A DNA stretch of 64,000 nt from Candidatus Hydrogenedentota bacterium (GCA_046583315.1 JAYGCN010000288.1:24807-88806); one strand, 5' to 3'. Shown: positions 20,587 through 29,524, counted from the first letter of the stretch. Notes: generated from the letters alone by a model not told the origin. Numbers and translations: made by a program.

Positions 20587-21588
20587 ATGAGAGTATTGGT
20601 CACAGGTGGCGGCGGGTTTCTCGGGAAAGCACTCGTGCGCAAGCTTCTCTCGCAAGGTCATAGTGTGCGCAGTTTTTCGCGTGGCGATTATCCTGAACTT
20701 CGCGAGCTGGGCGTGGAAACAATCAGCGGTGATCTTTCTGACTACAAAGCCGTGCATGAGGCCGTGCGTGACTGTGAACTTGTGTATCACGTTGGCGCGA
20801 AGGCTGGGGTTTGGGGAAGGTATGACGATTATTACGCAACCAACGTTATGGGCACGCAGAATATTATCGAAGCGTGTCTTGCGCAGGATGTTGAGTATCT
20901 TGTCAATACGAGTTCGCCGAGCGTTATCTTCGACGGACACGATCAGGAAGGCAACGACGAGTCCACGCCGTATCCGAAGAAGTACCTCGCATATTATCCG
21001 CAGACCAAAGCTCTTGCTGAACAGGCGGTGACACAGGCGAACAGCGATCAACTCAAGACCGTATCGTTGCGGCCGCATTTGATTTGGGGACCGGAGGATA
21101 CGCAACTCATTCCGCGACTCGTCGAACAAGGGCGCGCCGGAAAATTGCGGCTCATCGGCTCCGGCACGAAACGCATCGATGCGGTGTACATTGATAACGC
21201 GGTGGATGCCCACATTAATGCGGCGACTCAACTGATGCACGGGGGCAAGTGCGCGGGCAAGACGTATTTCATCACCAATGACGATCCGTGGCCCTTTGAA
21301 CAGATCGTGAACGGCATATTGGAGGCCGCGGGGGTTGCCCCGGTTACTCGGCATGTATCGCCTTCCCTCGCTTATACGGCAGGCGGGTTGCTGGAGTGCG
21401 TGTATCGGATTACAGGCAAGACCGATGAGCCGCGCATGACCCGTTTCGTGGCGCGTCAATTGGCGACGGCACATTGGTACGACATTGCTGCGGCCAAGGA
21501 TGACCTCGGATATTCTCCGGCCGTCAGCATGGAAGAGGGTCTCGCGCAACTCAAGCAATGGTTTGAACAAAAGGAAGAGGTCTCATGA
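20587..21588 (+). CDS. oleD: OleD, 2-alkyl-3-oxoalkanoate reductase (3-beta-HSD-like SDR)
   Basis: Start placed at ATG 20587 (MRVLVTGGGGFLG); AKAGVWG, TSSPSV, YPQTK and LRPHLIWGP motifs. Confidence 0.92.
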   Translation: MRVLVTGGGGFLGKALVRKLLSQGHSVRSFSRGDYPELRELGVETISGDLSDYKAVHEAVRDCELVYHVGAKAGVWGRYDDYYATNVMGTQNIIEACLAQDVEYLVNTSSPSVIFDGHDQEGNDESTPYPKKYLAYYPQTKALAEQAVTQANSDQLKTVSLRPHLIWGPEDTQLIPRLVEQGRAGKLRLIGSGTKRIDAVYIDNAVDAHINAATQLMHGGKCAGKTYFITNDDPWPFEQIVNGILEAAGVAPVTRHVSPSLAYTAGGLLECVYRITGKTDEPRMTRFVARQLATAHWYDIAAAKDDLGYSPAVSMEEGLAQLKQWFEQKEEVS

Positions 21589-22283
21589 GTGAATCCCAGT
21601 TCGAAACGCTGGCCCAGTTGCTCGGGCATCTGTTCAAGGCGCATCCCTGGCACGGCATTCCCATTGGGGACAAGTCGCCGGCCATCGTGAATGCGTACAT
21701 CGAGATTGTGCCGAGCGATACGGTCAAGTTTGAAGTCGATAAAGCGACCGGACACTTGCGCCTTGATCGTCCGCAACGGTATTCGAATGTGAACCCGACG
21801 CTTTACGGTCTTGTTCCGCAGACCTATTGCGGCGAAAAGGTTGCTGCGTTGTGCAACGATGCTATGCAACGCACCGATATCGTCGGCGATGGCGATCCGC
21901 TGGACATTTGCGTTCTGAGCGAAAAGACTTTTAGCCACGGCGATTTTCTGATGGAGGCGGTACCCATCGGCGGGATTCGAATGATCGACGGCTACGAGGC
22001 GGATGACAAAATTATCGCGGTCATGGTGGATGATGCGTCCTTCGGGGACTGGAAAGATCTCACTGAGTGTCCGCAATCCGTCATTGATCGACTGACCCAC
22101 TATTTCCTCACCTACAAAGATGCTCCGGGTGATACCCACCGGGAAGTCGAGATTGCGGCCTTCTACGGCGCGTACGTTGCCAAAGATATCATCAAGCGTA
22201 GCGTCGAAGATTATCAGGCGAAATTCCCGGACCCCCAGGAACTCCTCAATTCCCTCTCTAAAGTTGGTACAAGAGAAAAATGA
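21585..22283 (+). CDS. ppa: Family I inorganic pyrophosphatase
   Basis: HPWHG, VKFEVDK, YGLVPQTY, DGDPLD and DDKIIAV motifs; ATGA overlap with the oleD stop. Confidence 0.92.
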   Translation: MSESQFETLAQLLGHLFKAHPWHGIPIGDKSPAIVNAYIEIVPSDTVKFEVDKATGHLRLDRPQRYSNVNPTLYGLVPQTYCGEKVAALCNDAMQRTDIVGDGDPLDICVLSEKTFSHGDFLMEAVPIGGIRMIDGYEADDKIIAVMVDDASFGDWKDLTECPQSVIDRLTHYFLTYKDAPGDTHREVEIAAFYGAYVAKDIIKRSVEDYQAKFPDPQELLNSLSKVGTREK

Positions 22284-22325
22284 AAGCGATTTTGTTCTCA
22301 ATCTTTCACCGCGCTACAGTGGTTC

Positions 22326-22406
22326 AACTCCTTCGGAGTTCCGATGGCGGGATCTTTTTACTCCGGGTATCACCAAGACTATTCATCATGAAGCGCTTCA
22401 GGCTTC
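22326..22406. repeat. Pair of short palindromes, possible degenerate REP-like element
   Basis: AACTCC-TTC-GGAGTT (22326-22340) and GAAGC-N7-GCTTC (22390-22406) in the ppa/abrB intergenic region. Confidence 0.35.
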
Positions 22407-22563
22407 CGGGACCCCTCGTTGGTGGATCGACCTCCTTTATGTTATTGCATATTGGTTGCGTGCTACGAAAGTGGGAGCTGGGATACAATAGGGTGTTGCG
22501 CGTAACTCGCTCTAATTGTTGAGTTTAAGGTTGTTTATTGTTTACATATCTGGGAAATGAAGA

Positions 22564-22604
22564 GCTTTTCCTTGCCTGCTTTATTTTCTCGAAAGGAAAG
22601 TAGG
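22564..22604 (+). repeat. Intergenic palindromic repeat, copy A
   Basis: TTTCCTTG-CCTGCTTT...AAAGTAGG; resembles the reverse complements of 29447-29515 and 61634-61680. Confidence 0.45.
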
Positions 22605-22638
22605 TTGACAAATCAGTATAATCAGATTATATTGATTT
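22605..22638 (+). promoter_or_regulatory. Sigma70 promoter overlapped by a 14-1-14 inverted repeat (candidate operator)
   Basis: TTGACA(22605-22610)-17 bp-TATATT(22628-22633). AAATCAGTATAATC-A-GATTATATTGATTT (22610-22638) has one mismatch. Confidence 0.75.
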
Positions 22639-22670
22639 TAGTTTAGTTGCTGAATATTTGGAGAAACGAT

Positions 22671-22928
22671 ATGTCTGACGATACTACGGGTTGCTCAACC
22701 AATGGGGCGGGATTCAATGTGGATGCGATTGTGTCCGTGGATGAACGCGGGCAGATGGTTTTGCCCAAAGAATTGCGATCCAGGGCGAATATACAGCCCG
22801 GCGACAAGTTTGCGCTGATCAGCTGGGAGAAGGATGGGGAGGTCTGTTGCATGTCGCTGGTGAAAACTGATGCATTGTCGAATATGGTCAAAGATTTTTT
22901 AGGGCCGATGATGTCCGAGCTTTCCTGA
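22671..22928 (+). CDS. AbrB/MazE/SpoVT-fold DNA-binding protein with vicinal Cys-Cys (resembles proteins annotated HgcAB-associated)
   Basis: VSVDERGQMVLPKELRSRANIQPGDK swapped-hairpin signature; EVCCMSLVK; ATG 22671 with GGAGA RBS. Confidence 0.85.
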   Translation: MSDDTTGCSTNGAGFNVDAIVSVDERGQMVLPKELRSRANIQPGDKFALISWEKDGEVCCMSLVKTDALSNMVKDFLGPMMSELS

Positions 22929-22961
22929 ACGTAAACCCAAGCTCAGAAGAAGGATACGAAT

Positions 22962-23810
22962 ATGAGTGATGCGGATGTGAAAGAACAAGTACGTGCACGA
23001 TACGGCGCACTGGCGAGTAAAGACAGTGGTGGATGCTGCGGGTCGTCGGTCGCGCAGGAGCCGGTGAGTTCGTGTTGTGGTGGCGAAACGACTCAGGAAA
23101 AGATGAGTAAATCTGTGGGTTACAGTGAAGAGGAACTCTCTTCACTGCCGGAGGGCGCGAATCTTGGTGTGGGATGCGGCAATCCGTTGGCCTTTTCTGC
23201 CGTGAAAGAAGGCGATACCGTGGTAGACCTTGGTTCGGGTGCGGGCATCGATTGTTTCCTCGCAGCGAAACGGGTGGGTGACTCAGGTCAAGTGATTGGC
23301 ATCGACATGACCCCCGAAATGCTTGCGAAAGCGCGGGCGAATGCAGAACATGCTGGATACGCCAATGTTGAATTTCGTGAAGGTGAGATTGAAGCGCTGC
23401 CTATTGAGGATAATTCGGTCGATGTGATTATTTCGAACTGCGTGATCAACTTGTCGCCGGATAAAGAAAAGGTGTTCTCCGAAATGCATCGTGTGTTGAA
23501 GCCTGGCGGAAAGTTTTTCGTGTCGGACATCGTATTGCGTCACGAGTTGCCCGAAACGATTCGCAGTTCTGCGGCAGCCTACTCGGCATGCGTGGCGGGT
23601 GCGTTGTTGAAAGATGACTACGTGGGAATTCCTGAGTCGTTGGGGTTCAATGGCATCGACGTGATGAGCGAGGCGACTTATCCGATTGATATTCTGACTG
23701 CCGATCCGACGGTGTCGAGTTTGAAGTCACAACTCAAGGAGGTGAGCGAGGAAGATTTCGATCGTGCGGCTACGGCTTTGGTGAGCATTAAGTTGACGGG
23801 AGAGAAGTAA
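22962..23810 (+). CDS. arsM: Arsenite S-adenosylmethionine methyltransferase
   Basis: ANLGVGCGNP, VDLGSGAGIDC, IISNCVINLSPDK and ACVAGAL motifs; N-terminal CCG motifs. Confidence 0.9.
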   Translation: MSDADVKEQVRARYGALASKDSGGCCGSSVAQEPVSSCCGGETTQEKMSKSVGYSEEELSSLPEGANLGVGCGNPLAFSAVKEGDTVVDLGSGAGIDCFLAAKRVGDSGQVIGIDMTPEMLAKARANAEHAGYANVEFREGEIEALPIEDNSVDVIISNCVINLSPDKEKVFSEMHRVLKPGGKFFVSDIVLRHELPETIRSSAAAYSACVAGALLKDDYVGIPESLGFNGIDVMSEATYPIDILTADPTVSSLKSQLKEVSEEDFDRAATALVSIKLTGEK

Positions 23811-23864
23811 CGGAAGGGATTTTCAGGTAAATTGGGGCGATTATTGGGATTAAGCTGTGTTTTA

Positions 23865-23904
23865 GCCCTGACCGAGTGTCTTCGGGCAGGGCCCCCCTTT
23901 TTTT
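23865..23904 (+). terminator. Putative intrinsic terminator after arsM
   Basis: GCCCTGACCGAG-TGTC-TTCGGGCAGGGC hairpin followed by a C run and a T run; lies between convergent genes. Confidence 0.55.
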
Positions 23905-23915
23905 CGTGATCCGTG

Positions 23916-24395
23916 CTAAGTAATTTGCGATGCTGAATGCTGAATTGATTTGATGAGTTCGGAATTCTTCGTGTTGATGCGGTTGGCGTTTTCAAGATGC
24001 GAACTGAGTACGTGAATGATGTTCAGCAGCAACCGTACCGCGACCTGCGATTTCAGAATCCGGTTGATGTCTTTTTCGTAGAGCGTAAAGAGTTTACAAT
24101 CTGACGCGGCCTCAGCACTGGCGCAGTGGGGACGATGATTGAGCGCGGACATTTCCCCGAACGCATCGCCGGGTCGGCACTTGGCGATCACCGTTCCGTC
24201 GATCGAGATGTCGACCATGCCGTGCAGCACAATAAAAATGTTTGCTCCCATCTGTCCCTGAAAGAAAATGGAGTCCCCTGCTCGATATTCGAGCTTGCTG
24301 CCCTGGTGTAGAATTTCGGAAACATCATCTGGATCCAAGCCGTTGAAAAGTTTTATCTTTCGTGCATACTCCTGGTACCTTCTCGCGTCTCCCAT
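23916..24395 (-). CDS. Stand-alone cyclic nucleotide-binding domain protein
   Basis: IFFQGQ, FIVLHGMV, PGDAFGEMSAL and HCASAEA; no C-terminal HTH. Confidence 0.85.
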   Translation of the reverse strand: MGDARRYQEYARKIKLFNGLDPDDVSEILHQGSKLEYRAGDSIFFQGQMGANIFIVLHGMVDISIDGTVIAKCRPGDAFGEMSALNHRPHCASAEAASDCKLFTLYEKDINRILKSQVAVRLLLNIIHVLSSHLENANRINTKNSELIKSIQHSASQIT

Positions 24396-24610
24396 ACTGC
24401 ACCGCCTTTCAATTCTATTACGACAGTTTATAGATTAATGCTACTCCTCTTTTGTGCGATATGTAAACTTATTTTTGCACACACTGAGATGGATTGGAGC
24501 GGGTGTTCAGTAACTGAACATTCTAGATCGCTACTCAATGAGACTGCGATTCGGCGGGAAAAGTTACAGGAGTATTCGGGGCGTGTGACAAAATTATCAG
24601 TAAAAGGCTA

Positions 24611-25867
24611 TTACGGTAATTCGCGGCGGGTTTCACCGGTGTATATTTGGCGTGGGCGATGAATGCGTCCGCCGTCGTTGCGCATTTCGAGCCAATGCGC
24701 TATCCATCCGGGCATGCGTCCGATGGTGAAGAGCACGGTAAACATGTTTACGGGAATGCCCATGGCGCGGTAGATGATGCCGCTGTAGAAGTCGACGTTT
24801 GGATAGAGGTTGCGCTTCACGAAATAGTCGTCTTCGAGCGCTATTTTCTCGAGGTTTTTGGCAATATCGAGCAAGGGGTCGGTCACACCGAGTTCGGCGA
24901 GCACTTTGTCACAGGCTTCCTTAAGAATGGTTGCACGGGGGTCGAAGTTTTTGTAGACCCGATGGCCGAATCCCATGAGTCGAAAACCGGAATCCTTATC
25001 TTTGGCCATTTCCATGTATTTCGCATAGTCGCCGCCGTCGTCCTGTATATCTTGCAACATTTCGATGACTGCCTGATTGGCACCGCCGTGGAGGGGACCC
25101 CAGAGTGCGGACATGCCTGCGGCCATTGAGGCGAATAAACAGGCTTGACTGCTACCGACCATGCGCACGGTTGAGGTGGAGCAGTTCTGTTCATGGTCGG
25201 CGTGTACGATCATAAGCATGTTCAGGGCATGTTCGAGTACTTCGGGGACTTGGTAGGAGCCATCTGTGTTGCCAAACATGCCGTTGATAAAGTTAGCGCA
25301 ATAGCTTAGGTTCGCGTCAGGCGCGACAGGGGCTTCGCCTTGTGAGTGTTTATGGAACGCCGTTGCAATGGTCTGAATATGACCGATAATTCGTTGTACG
25401 TTGGTGTCGATGGATTCGTCGTTATCATAGTCTTCGTAGACGGAGGACATCGCTGCGGCCATTGAGCTGACGACGCTCATGGGGTGGGCGTTCTTGGGGA
25501 ATTTGGTGATAAGTTCGGCCAAGGCATCTGGCAATTCACTGTGCGCGGCGATTCCGGCTTCGAATTCGGCGAGCTGGTCCGCGTCGGGCAGATTGCCGTG
25601 GATGAGCAGATAGGAGACGGCGGAGAATGTAACACCATTCGCGAGATCGGCAATGGGATATCCGCGATGCTGGAGGATTCCTTCTTCCCCGTTGATAAAC
25701 GTGATAGAGGATGTGCATGAACCGGTGTTCCCGTATCCCGGATCGAAGGTGATTGCTTTGGATTGGTTTCGCAATGAGCCGATGTCGATTCCGACTTCGC
25801 CTTCGGTGCCTGTAAATGTAGGTAATGTGTATTCTTGACCTTCAACAACGAGTTTCGCGTCGCTCAT
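24611..25867 (-). CDS. gltA: Citrate synthase
   Basis: HADHEQNCST, GPLHGGAN, LMGFGHRVYKNFDPRA and YPNVDFYSG motifs. Confidence 0.97.
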   Translation of the reverse strand: MSDAKLVVEGQEYTLPTFTGTEGEVGIDIGSLRNQSKAITFDPGYGNTGSCTSSITFINGEEGILQHRGYPIADLANGVTFSAVSYLLIHGNLPDADQLAEFEAGIAAHSELPDALAELITKFPKNAHPMSVVSSMAAAMSSVYEDYDNDESIDTNVQRIIGHIQTIATAFHKHSQGEAPVAPDANLSYCANFINGMFGNTDGSYQVPEVLEHALNMLMIVHADHEQNCSTSTVRMVGSSQACLFASMAAGMSALWGPLHGGANQAVIEMLQDIQDDGGDYAKYMEMAKDKDSGFRLMGFGHRVYKNFDPRATILKEACDKVLAELGVTDPLLDIAKNLEKIALEDDYFVKRNLYPNVDFYSGIIYRAMGIPVNMFTVLFTIGRMPGWIAHWLEMRNDGGRIHRPRQIYTGETRRELP

Positions 25868-26231
25868 AACAGAATGGTTCCAATCTATCGCAGAGTATAA
25901 GGGTAAATAAACAAACGAGTTATAGTAATTCGAGCTGTCCGGCCTGTGATGCCTTTGCGCAGATTTCGGCCTTGACCCGCAGTCGGAAGCACGTTAAAAG
26001 TACACTATTTGCATCGATTGGTTCAAGGAATCGCTCGCGTACCGGGTGTAGTCGAATTGAGCGTGGGCATGGTCGGAACCGACGCATCCTATTTTTTGAA
26101 ATATGATTCGGAGGGTGGATAATTCAGAAGGCGTGTGCTACCATTTGGAATCGCCTGTAGTTTGCTCGTTTTACGCATTTATGGTGCGCCGATGGTGGTG
26201 ATCGGGGAGAAATGATGGAGATTTTACTCGT

Positions 26232-27722
26232 ATGGGTGTAGATGACGATAAGGATACGCCTGGAAGTGAGCCGGAATCGACGCCGCGAGAGTCTGCGCTG
26301 TTGAAGCAACGAAGTCTGGGGCCAGGCTTGCATGATGTTCCGGAGCTTGGCTACAAATCGTCTTTCAAGCGATTCCTGCATCACGATATGGTCGGTTCTG
26401 TATTTTTGCTGCTCGCGGCCGCCGCCGCAGTGATCATCGCGAATTCTCCTTTCGCTGATCAGTATCATGAATTTTGGGAATACGAGTTCGGCTTGGCGTT
26501 AGGGGACGATGGCGGCTTCAAGAAGACGATGCATCACTGGGTGAACGATGGCCTGATGGCAATATTTTTCTTTCTGGTTGGTCTTGAAATCAAGCGTGAG
26601 TTACTTGCCGGCGAGTTGCATTCGGTGCGCAAAGCATTGTTGCCCGCCGCTGCGGCGGTGGGTGGCATGATTGTTCCTGCACTTTTGTTCATGATGTTGA
26701 ATCGGGGCGAGGCCAGCGGTGTCGGTTGGGGTATTCCGATGGCGACGGATATTGCCTTCGCTGCGGGTTGTGTTGCGCTGCTGAAAAAGTGGGTACCCAC
26801 ATCGCTCATGGTTTTCCTGGTCGCCTTGGCCATTGTTGATGACTTGGGTGCGGTAACGGTAATCGCGTTATTTTATACGGACCAGATTGCCTTCGGCCCT
26901 CTCGTGGTTGGCGGAAGTCTGATCGTACTCTCGTTTTGCCTGGGACAATTGGGTGTTCGCACCACGTTTCCCTACGTGATAATTGGGATTATCGTCTGGT
27001 TCGCGTTTTTGCAATCGGGCGTTCATGCGACAATCGCCGGTGTTCTGTTTGCGTTTACCATCCCGGAAAAAGCCCGTTATCATACGCACAATTTTCATGG
27101 TCGCGTAACAGAGTTATTGTCTCGATTTGATCATGCAGAGAAGTTATGGGACGATGATCTGAATGTGGTTGAGAGCGATATCAAGGATTTGATGGTGAAC
27201 AACCAGCAGCAACATCTGATTCGAGAGATGCACCAGGAATGTGGTTATGTGGAGTCGCCCTTGCAACGCATTGAGCATAATATTGAACCCTTCTGCGTAT
27301 TTATCATCATGCCCATCTTCGCGTTTGCGAATGCTGGAGTGCATCTGGAACTGGATCATTTTGGCGAAATGATGACGCATCCGCTTACACTGGGAATCTT
27401 GTTAGGGCTGGTTATCGGAAAACCACTGGGCATTTTCCTGGCCTGCTTTATTACTGTAAAGCTGGGACTGGCTGCCTTGCCACGCGGTGTGACCTGGCCG
27501 CAGTTGTTGAGCGTAAGTTGCTTGGCGGGCATCGGCTTTACGATGTCGCTATTTGTCAATGAGCTCGCCTTTATGGGCGTTGAGGGGGAACTGCGCGAGG
27601 AGCTGATCGCGTCCGGCAAGATAGGCATCTTCCTGGCCAGCATAATTGCGGCTGTTGTGGGATTGGTCGCCTTGAGGCTCACGTGCCGCACGCCGCAAAA
27701 TGTCTCGGGCGGGCATCATTAG
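26232..27722 (+). CDS. nhaA: Na+/H+ antiporter NhaA
   Basis: HWVNDGLMAIFF, GWGIPMATDIAF, LAIVDDLGA, GKPLGI and LAGIGFTMSLFV motifs. Confidence 0.95.
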   Translation: MGVDDDKDTPGSEPESTPRESALLKQRSLGPGLHDVPELGYKSSFKRFLHHDMVGSVFLLLAAAAAVIIANSPFADQYHEFWEYEFGLALGDDGGFKKTMHHWVNDGLMAIFFFLVGLEIKRELLAGELHSVRKALLPAAAAVGGMIVPALLFMMLNRGEASGVGWGIPMATDIAFAAGCVALLKKWVPTSLMVFLVALAIVDDLGAVTVIALFYTDQIAFGPLVVGGSLIVLSFCLGQLGVRTTFPYVIIGIIVWFAFLQSGVHATIAGVLFAFTIPEKARYHTHNFHGRVTELLSRFDHAEKLWDDDLNVVESDIKDLMVNNQQQHLIREMHQECGYVESPLQRIEHNIEPFCVFIIMPIFAFANAGVHLELDHFGEMMTHPLTLGILLGLVIGKPLGIFLACFITVKLGLAALPRGVTWPQLLSVSCLAGIGFTMSLFVNELAFMGVEGELREELIASGKIGIFLASIIAAVVGLVALRLTCRTPQNVSGGHH

Positions 27723-27836
27723 GCACCCTTTCCAGTAGATTTTTCTTTCGGCCTGCACATTGAATATCCCCGTATCATTCAGTAAGGTATATCCTTATTG
27801 ATATTCATGCCACCCTTTTTGCAGGAGATAGAGATC

Positions 27837-29447
27837 ATGGGTTCGTTTGACGAAGTGTACAAGAGTTTTTTGACGCCATTGAGTTTCATTCGCCGGAGCG
27901 CGGCGGTGTATCCGGATAAGGTGGCCATTGTTCATGGCGATCAGCGCATTACCTATCATGAATATGGCGAACGCGTGAATCGGCTTGCGTCTGCGCTCAA
28001 GGCCAACGGTCTGAAGAAAGGCGATCGTGTAGCATTCCTCTGTCCGAATATTCCGCAGATGCTGGAGGCGCATTTCGGGGTATTGCTGGCGGGTGGAGTC
28101 CTGGTTGCGATTAATACGCGGTTGTCTCCGGGGGAAATCGAATATATTTTGAATCATTCTGGAGCATCATTCCTGTTCGCGGACACGGAACTGGGCGACG
28201 GAATTCGTGGGGTGCATAGCGGATTGGAAACGGTCACGCAAACGATCAATATCGTTGATGCTGAAGGATTCGAACAATTGCCGGGTACGGACTACGAAAC
28301 CTTTCTGACGCAAGGCAGCCGGGATGAACTCGAGTGGGTCATTGAAGACGAGGACGAAACGATTACGATTAACTATACCTCGGGCACGACCGGACGTCCG
28401 AAGGGTGTTGTGTTCTCGCATCGGGGTGCCTATCTGAACGCGATCAACGAAGCTTTTGAAACCCACATGACCGCGGACTCAAAATACCTGTGGACGTTGC
28501 CGATGTTTCATTGCAATGGCTGGTGTTTTACCTGGGGCGTAACGGCAATTGGCGCCACGCACGTGTGCCTGCGCAAATTTGAACCCGCAGATGTATGGCC
28601 GCTCGTCGATAAAGAACGGGTGACTCATTTCAATGGCGCGCCAGTTGTGTTGATAGCGCTGCTGAATGACCCGGGACGTCCAGAAAAGCTGGATCGACCG
28701 ATCACGATTACCACCGCAGGCGCACCGCCGTCGCCGACGCTGATTGAAGACATGCAGGCCATCGGTGCTGAAATCATACACGTGTACGGGTTGACGGAGA
28801 CTTATGGTCCGACCACGATCTGCGCACCGCAACCGGATTGGTCATCGCGGTCATCCGAGGAACAAGGCAAGTTGCTGGCGCGTCAAGGCGTCGCCTTTGC
28901 GATGTCAGATCCCATTCGTGTGGTGGATGACGACATGAACGATGTGCCGAAAGACGGGAAGACGCTCGGCGAGGTGGTCATGGTCGGTAATATGGTCATG
29001 AAAGGCTATTACGACGACCCGGAAGCAACCGAGACGGCTTTCCGGGGAGGGCATTTCCATTCGGGTGACGTGGCCGTATGGCATCCTGATGGATATATTG
29101 AACTGAAGGATCGTTCGAAGGACGTGATTATTTCGGGCGGAGAGAATATCTCGTCGATTGAAGTGGAACAGGTGATTTATCGCCATTCCAAAGTGCTGGA
29201 ATGCGCCGTAGTGGGTGCGCCGCATGATAAATGGGGCGAAACTCCCGTGGCGTTCGTGACCTTGAAGCCGGGCGAGTCCGCCACGGAAAAAGAGATCATC
29301 GACTTTTGTCGCGACAACATCGCGCACTTCAAATGCCCGACTTCCGTGGATTTCATCGATCTCCCGAAAACGAGCACGGGGAAAATCCAAAAGTTCGTGT
29401 TACGTGATCAGGTATGGGGCGGCGCGGATAAGAAGATACAAGGTTAG
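27837..29447 (+). CDS. Acyl-CoA synthetase (AMP-binding, fatty acid-CoA ligase)
   Basis: YTSGTTGRPKG, LPMFHCNGW, YGLTETYGP and KTSTGKIQK motifs; ATG 27837 follows an AGGAG RBS. Confidence 0.9.
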   Translation: MGSFDEVYKSFLTPLSFIRRSAAVYPDKVAIVHGDQRITYHEYGERVNRLASALKANGLKKGDRVAFLCPNIPQMLEAHFGVLLAGGVLVAINTRLSPGEIEYILNHSGASFLFADTELGDGIRGVHSGLETVTQTINIVDAEGFEQLPGTDYETFLTQGSRDELEWVIEDEDETITINYTSGTTGRPKGVVFSHRGAYLNAINEAFETHMTADSKYLWTLPMFHCNGWCFTWGVTAIGATHVCLRKFEPADVWPLVDKERVTHFNGAPVVLIALLNDPGRPEKLDRPITITTAGAPPSPTLIEDMQAIGAEIIHVYGLTETYGPTTICAPQPDWSSRSSEEQGKLLARQGVAFAMSDPIRVVDDDMNDVPKDGKTLGEVVMVGNMVMKGYYDDPEATETAFRGGHFHSGDVAVWHPDGYIELKDRSKDVIISGGENISSIEVEQVIYRHSKVLECAVVGAPHDKWGETPVAFVTLKPGESATEKEIIDFCRDNIAHFKCPTSVDFIDLPKTSTGKIQKFVLRDQVWGGADKKIQG

Positions 29448-29515
29448 TTACTTTCTCTCTACCGTCCGGCAGGACCTTTTAGGAAAAAGAAGAAAGTAAG
29501 CAAAGAAGGAAACCG
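29447..29515 (-). repeat. Intergenic palindromic repeat, copy C
   Basis: Minus strand reads CGGTTTCCTTCTTTGCTTACTTTCT...AGAAAGTAAC. Confidence 0.5.
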
Positions 29516-29524
29516 ACGGATGCA

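Noticed and set aside
22280..22522. 80-aa ORF overlapping the ppa stop by ATGA
   Set aside because: No recognisable motif, and it crosses the palindromic repeat-like sequence; cannot be supported.
22671..23810. AbrB/MazE protein as the antitoxin of a toxin-antitoxin pair, or as evidence of mercury methylation
   Set aside because: The downstream gene is a clear arsM, not a toxin, and no hgcA cap-helix or hgcB ferredoxin gene is in the window.
25870..26230. Possible riboswitch upstream of nhaA
   Set aside because: No structure or consensus I can support by eye; an Rfam scan would be needed.
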